NCBI RefSeq assembly: GCF_004010195.1
Contig: NC_057719.1
Span: forward strand, 6,454,894 to 6,511,413
Direction: 5' to 3'
From: Chiloscyllium plagiosum
Taxonomy: Eukaryota
Length of the DNA stretch: 56,520 nt
The stretch's first letter is position 1, and each line of letters starts with the position of its first letter. Both the position numbers and the translations under genes were made by a program. A model generated the notes under the pieces. The model worked only from the letters and a program-made list of their open reading frames with translations, was not told where the DNA came from and made no database searches. Positions 50,686-56,520 of this stretch are shown here, in pieces.

Positions 50686-51019
50686 CTGTGTTAAGTTGAC
50701 TGGTCTAGAGTTTCCTGGACACGTTGATCTCCCTTCTCAAATAGAAGCATAGGGTTAGCTATCCAAAAGTATTCTGGCATTTAACATTCTTCAAACAAAT
50801 TATTGAATACGTATCATGGTGTCTCTTGGTCTCAATCTTTTAAGTGGTGAGACTGAGTGAATTAGATCAATATCTCTGCAGGTTAGACAGATACGAGGTG
50901 ATTTCATGGAAATGTGCAGGATCCCAAAGGAACTTTGACAGGGTAGACACTGGGAGGTTGTGGGGGGCGGTAATCTAGAACACAGTGGTGGGAGGAGGAT
51001 GGTGACAGTGTCAAAATAA

Positions 51020-54000
51020 GGAGGTGATCATTTAACAGGTAAGAAGGTAGTTCAACATTCTCCAGTGGCTGTTCCTCTATCGAATAGATGTTCCGTTTTT
51101 GGAATTATAGAAGGGGATAATCTCTCTAAGGAAAATGGAAGGGCCAGGTATTGGTCACTTGGAATGATTCTTATGTTAGGCAGCGTTTGACAAGATTTAA
51201 TAGGATTATTGTTATAAGGGACTCTCCTGTCAGGGGCATAGACAGGAGATTCTGTAGCTGTGAGTGTACATTTAGGATGGTTGGTGCTTTCCGGGTGCTA
51301 AGATCAAGGACATTGCTAAACATTTCAAGCACATTGTTAAATGTGAGATTGAGAAGCCAGAAATTATTGCACATATTGGTAGGAATGACATTTTTAGGGA
51401 AAAGATCAAAGCAGTACAGAGTGAATTTAAAAGGTTAGGTAGAAGACTTAAAAACCTTAGAAGTAGTAATTTCTGGTTTACTCCCAATGCCAAACTCTAA
51501 GGGAAAGAACAAAAGGTGAAAGGAGATAAATCAATGGCTGAAGAGCTGGTGTATTGTTCAGGGATTCAGGTTTTTGGACAATTGGAATATATTTTGGGAT
51601 AGAAAAGACCTGGTCAAAAAGGATGGGTCAAACCTGATAGCAGGGAGATTTGCTCATTTCATGAAGGGAGACTTTATACTGATAGAGAGGGGGATTACGT
51701 TAGATTCCCTACAGTGTGGAAACAGGCCATTCGGCCCAACAAGTCCACACCGACCCTCCGAAAAGTAACCCACCCAGACCCATTTTCCCTCTGACTATTG
51801 CACCTAACACTACGGGCAATTTAGCACGGCCAATTCGCCTGACCTGCACATCTTTGGACTGTGGGAGGAAACGAGACCACCTGGAGGAAACCCACGCAGA
51901 CACGGGGATAATGTGCAAATTCCACACAGACAGTCACCCGAGGCTGGAATCGAACCTGGGTCCCTGGTGCTGTGAGGCAGCCGTGCTAACCACTGAATTC
52001 TAAGTAGCAGTGTAAATGGAAGGATTGATGGGGAAGGTTTTGAACGTCAGGAGAGTACGTCAATTAGAAAAGAAAGAGAAGAGAGAGTCAGAGTACGTAG
52101 TAACTCTAATCAATTAAATTGTATCTGTTTCAATGCAAAGGGGATTTACAGGTAAGGCTGATGAACTCAGAGCATGTTTAAGAACATGGGATTCAGACAT
52201 CATAGCTATTACAGAAACTTGGCTGAGAGGTGGACAGGACTGGCAGCTCAATGTTCAGAGTATTAGATGCTATAGTAAGGCAAGAAAGGGGTGGCATTTT
52301 TGATTCAGGAATAACTAGGCAAAATATTTCTGAAAAATGATCCAGTGAAAATGTATGGAGAGAAATTACAAATAAGAAAGAAAGATCACCCCGATGGGTT
52401 TGTTCTATAGGCCCTTCAGTAGTAACAGAAATTGAGAAACAAATATGCAGGAAGATCTCAGATATATTTAAACATAATAAGTTTGTATTAATGGGAGATT
52501 TTAATTTTCCAAACATTGACTGGGGCTACCATGGTGTTAAAGGTTTGGATGGTGATGAATTTGTCAAATGTGTTCAAGAGAATTTTCTTTATCACTATGT
52601 GGATGCTCCTACTAGAGAAGGAGCAAAACTAAACCTTCTTTAAGGGTAATAAGGCAGGGCAGGTGACTGAAGTGAAAGTGGGGGAACACTCTGTGTGTAG
52701 CGATCATAATTCTATTATTTTAAAAATGGTTATGGAAAAGGGTAAGCCTTGCGTAAAGTTAAAGCTTTTAATTGGAGTAAAGCAAATTTTAATGGTATGA
52801 GACAAGAACTTTCAAAAGTTGATTGCAGTAGACTGTTTGTAGGGAAAAGGATGTCTGACAGTGGGAGGCTTTCAAGATTGTGATGATGAGAGTTCAGAGG
52901 CATTATGTTCCTGTTAGAGTGAAGGGTAAGGCTAGTAAGATTAAGGAACAATGAATGAATAAAGATATAGAGGTTTTAGTCAAGAATAAAAGAGAATCTT
53001 ATTTGAGATATAGACAACTCAGTTCAATTGAATCTCTTAATCAATATAGAGAGTGTAGGGGACATTCTTAAGAGAGAAATCAGGAAAGCAAAGAGGGGTT
53101 ATGAGATAGCTTTGGCAGATAAGGTTGAGGATAATCCAAAGAGATTCTACAAATATATTAAGAGCAAGAGGGTAACTAGAGAGAGGGTAGGGCCTCTTAA
53201 ACATTATTGAACAAGAGTGATACTAAATGAATATTTTGCATCAGTTTTACTGTGGAGAAAGAAATGGAGTCTAGAGAATGCAGAGAAATAAACGTTGATG
53301 TTTTAAAAAAAAACACAGTTCACATTCCGGAACAGCAAGTTCAGGAGGTCTTAGAGAAAATAAAAGTGGATAAATCTCCAGGTCAGGATCTAATGTATCC
53401 CACAACATTGGGGGAAGAGAGGAAATTGTGAGACCCCTCGCAGAAATATTTACATCATCTACAACTATGGGTGAGGTGCCCGATGACTGGAGAGGGGTGC
53501 TGATGTTGAACCTTTGTTTAAGAAAGGTTGTAAGGAGAAACTGGAGAGTTATAGACCTGTGAGTGTGACTTCGGTTATGGGTAAATTGCTGGAGGTGAGT
53601 ATAAAAGGCAAGATTTATGGACATTTAGAGAGGCAAAAATTGATGGGCAAGGAAAATCATGTCTCAAAAACTTAATTGAGGTTTTTGAGAAAGTTACCAA
53701 AAAGATTGATGATGAGAGGTGACCTTATTAGAAGTTTATAAAATAATGAGGGGTATAGATAGTTGTCTTTTCCATAAAATAAGGAATTTCAAGACGAGGG
53801 GGTGCATTTTTAAGGTGAGAGGAGAGATTTTAAAAAGACATAAAAGGCAATTTTTTTACACAGAGGGTGGTTCATGTGTGGAATGAACGTCCTGAGGAAG
53901 TGGTGGAAGCAGGTACAATTACAACATTTAAAAGACATTTGGATAGATAGATGAATAGGAAAGGTTTGGAGGGATATGGGCCAGGAGCAGGCAGGTGGGA

Positions 54001-54080
54001 CTAGTTTGGTTTAGGATTATATTCAACATGGACTGGTTAGACCGAAGGTCAGTTTCCGTGCTGCAAGACTCTGTGACTGA
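51020..54080 (+). mobile_element. Long decayed CR1 (ORF1 SGNH-esterase part, endonuclease, deleted RT, 3' end)
   Basis: IIVIRDSPVRGIDRRFC and HIGRND (GDSL-like ORF1); ICFNAKG, DIIAITETWL, LMGDFNFPNIDW, SDHN (APE endonuclease); CR1 3' tail at ~54070. Confidence 0.82.
51695..51995 (-). mobile_element. HE1 SINE nested in the CR1 ORF1/ORF2 junction
   Basis: Typical HE1 body on -. Confidence 0.85.
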
Positions 54081-55609
54081 GATGAGAATTTTTGTTACTT
54101 ACTGGATACCACTTTGGAATTCCCTACCCCAGAGAGAGAAATGTCGATGACCCACAGATGCTCGTGGAATCAAAGGATATGGAGAGTGGGAGAGAAAGTG
54201 GAGCTGGTGGAGAAGATATGAATTGTATTGAATGGTAGGAAGTTGTTTTCCATGGAGCAGAGGAGACTGAGGGGGATATGGTGAGGTGTATAACATGAGG
54301 AGTATAGATAGGGCAGAGAGTAGGAGACTTAGGAGAGAGATCAATGATGGGGGGGCATAGATTTGAGGTAAGGGGGCAAGAGGTTCAGAGTGGGTGTGAG
54401 AGAATTTGGAACTCACACCCTGTAAGGCTGGGAGAGGCAGAAACCCTCATCACACTGAAGAAATATTTGGATGTTCACTTGTGATAGCTCAGCAGATAAA
54501 GCTATGGCCAGGTGCTGGGAGATGGCATTAGTAGAGTTAAGATGTTGTTTCTGATTGGTGCAAACCTGATGGGCCAAAGGGCCTTTTCCTGTGTTGTATG
54601 CCTCCAGGACTGTAACAGGATTGATGGGCCAAATGGTCAGCTGCTATCCTTTTTTAAAAAATTCCTTATAATGCACAAATGCCATCAGAGGATTCCGTCC
54701 TCGCTGAACTGATGAGTTCACTAGTTTTCACTAATTCACCTACAATTGGTGAATTTGGGAACTGATGTTGAGATGTGGAAGACAGAGCACAGGAAGATCC
54801 CACCTACAGCAGGGTAACTATTATCAGACAGATCATCCTTCTGTGATGATTGTGACCAAAGGAAAGCAATTGGTCCAGGGAGCACCCTTCCTCCTCAAAC
54901 TCTGCAACCCCTCCACACCTCCCCCCCCCCACCTTGAAATAAAGCAGGTGCCTGAATTTGGATATCTCTCTGATGGACTGAACCATGAACAGAGCAGCTC
55001 GCCCACAGAGTGCGGGGGGGGGGGGNNNNNNNNNNNNNNNNNNNNNNNNNNNNNNNNNNNNNNNNNNNNNNNNNNNNNNNNNNNNNNNNNNNNNNNNNNN
55101 NNNNNNNNNNNNNNNNNNNNNNNNNNNNNNNNNNNNNNNNNNNNNNNNNNNNNNNNNNNNNNNNNNNNNNNNNNNNNNNNNNNNNNNNNNNNNNNNNNNN
55201 NNNNNNNNNNNNNNNNNNNNNNNNNNNNNNNNNNNNNNNNNNNNNNNNNNNNNNNNNNNNNNNNNNNNNNNNNNNNNNNNNNNNNNNNNNNNNNNNNNNN
55301 NNNNNNNNNNNNNNNNNNNNNNNNNNNNNNNNNNNNNNNNNNNNNNNNNNNNNNNNNNNNNNNNNNNNNNNNNNNNNNNNNNNNNNNNNNNNNNNNNNNN
55401 NNNNNNNNNNNNNNNNNNNNNNNNNNNNNNNNNNNNNNNNNNNNNNNNNNNNNNNNNNNNNNNNNNNNNNNNNNNNNNNNNNNNNNNNNNNNNNNNNNNN
55501 NNNNNNNNNNNNNNNNNNNNNNNNNNNNNNNNNNNNNNNNNNNNNNNNNNNNNNNNNNNNNNNNNNNNNNNNNNNNNNNNNNNNNNNNNNNNNNNNNNNN
55601 NNNNNNNNN

Positions 55610-55690
55610 AGAGAGAGAGAGAGAGGGAGACAGACAGCGAGTGACAGAAGGAGAGAGAGAGTGACGGAGAGGGAGGAGAGAGGGAGACCT
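55610..55690 (+). repeat. (GA)-rich microsatellite adjoining the 55026-55609 gap
   Basis: Directly visible; a (TC)n run also lies at ~55864-55896. Confidence 0.85.
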
Positions 55691-55979
55691 CTCCCCTCTT
55701 CTTACAAGTCTGGCAGAAGCCACAGCACAGCTCATCCATCCTCACTTTCCGATCACTTAATCTGAACTAGCAACATCTTTTCGCCACTAGACCCACCCCG
55801 TCCTCCCCAAACTATAGCATCACTTCAGCTCTGACGGAGAGACATCTGGACTCTGAATGTTAGCTCTCTCTCTCTCTCTCTCTCTCTTGCTCTCTCTGTG
55901 TTTGGATGCTGGTTGACCCGCTGTGACCTCCAATATTTGTTGTTTCCAGGACAGACTCCAGCCCCTGCAGTAAATTGTT

Positions 55980-56520
55980 CCCACACAGAGAGAGGGAGAC
56001 TGGTCCTGGGCCGCGGCAAACTTTACGATTAAACTTTAAGAAGGAGTTGGCCAGCTCCCGGGAAGGTGCTAATTTGGAAGCCGCGGTGAGAGCCCCCCCT
56101 TTCCTTCCTTACCGATTGTAGAGACCACGGTTCCCACGAAGTAGAAGGAGCCGGTGAAGTCCCATCGGGGCCGGGTCTCATCCACCCGGACTCCCGCCAC
56201 ATTGGCCTGCTCATAGTCCCGCAGGAAGCGGCGGAGCTCGGTGCCGCTGATGTTGTAGCGGCGGCTGAAGTTGCTCTGGGCGTGGAGCCAGCGGCGCTGT
56301 GCCTCCCGCTCCTTGGGCTGTTCGATGGCCGAGAACACCGCTGCCCCGCACACCAGGTACACCGCCAATAGGGCCGCCAGCAGCACCAGGCGCCCGTTCT
56401 CCTCATTCAGGGGGCAACAACCACACCGGGAATCCCGGGCAAACATCCCGGGCTGCGGCACTGCGGGCAGGGGGGAGGCAGGGGGGGGAGAGACGGGGAG
56501 GGGGAGAGGGACAGGTGGAG
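55980..56520. promoter_or_regulatory. GC/CpG-rich region over the first coding exon (probable CpG island edge)
   Basis: Visibly higher CpG density than the CpG-depleted intron. Confidence 0.55.
56113..56446 (-). CDS. kcnk13: K2P potassium channel THIK-1, coding exon 1 (N-terminus, M1, cap, P1 up to TI-G)
   Basis: ATG at 56446-56444 opens MFARDSRCGCCPLNEENGRLVLLAALLAVYLVCGAAVFSAIE...RPRWDFTGSFYFVGTVVSTI-G, which resembles vertebrate KCNK13 (LNEDNARF...RPRWDFTGAFYFVGTVVSTIG). Ends at donor G|GTAAG (intron starts 56112), phase 1. Confidence 0.95.

Larger units (their letters stand above)
2887..56112 (-). other. kcnk13: kcnk13 intron (53,226 bp, GT-AG, phase 1)
   Basis: Canonical donor and acceptor join the two exons in frame within the Gly codon of the first pore TIGFG motif. 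Confidence 0.92.

Noticed and set aside
54765..55765. Long ORFs spanning N runs (also 27504-28363)
   Set aside because: Artefacts of assembly gaps; only the Tx1 peptide before the 27831 gap is meaningful.
1964..56446. Assignment as KCNK12 (THIK-2)
   Set aside because: The short N-terminus and motifs such as EVDSLAGWKPSVYYVMLIL and ISIETD fit KCNK13 better. Phylogeny or synteny would confirm.

Overview
Vertebrate genomic DNA, most likely from a shark or other cartilaginous fish (inferred from abundant HE1-type V-SINEs and HER1/CR1-type LINEs). One host gene spans almost the whole window on the minus strand: the two-pore-domain K+ channel kcnk13 (THIK-1). It has two coding exons (56113-56446 and 1964-2886; about 418 aa) separated by a 53.2-kb GT-AG phase-1 intron. 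The intron is packed with retroelements: many CR1 fragments, HE1 and other tRNA-derived SINEs, a Rex1/Babar LINE, two Penelope-like lineages with palindromic non-autonomous derivatives carrying minimal hammerhead-ribozyme motifs, and a decayed Gmr1-type Gypsy element (integrase before RT). The most unusual signal is a Tx1-clade LINE found twice (27.5 kb and 35.8 kb), each time inserted at the same position just after the TATA box (TATAAACAG) of the same ~230-bp LTR-like repeat, with stacked insertions at the second site. This suggests a sequence-specific retrotransposon that targets another repeat's promoter. Repeat boundaries are by-eye estimates, family names come from recognised motifs rather than database searches, and there are three assembly gaps.
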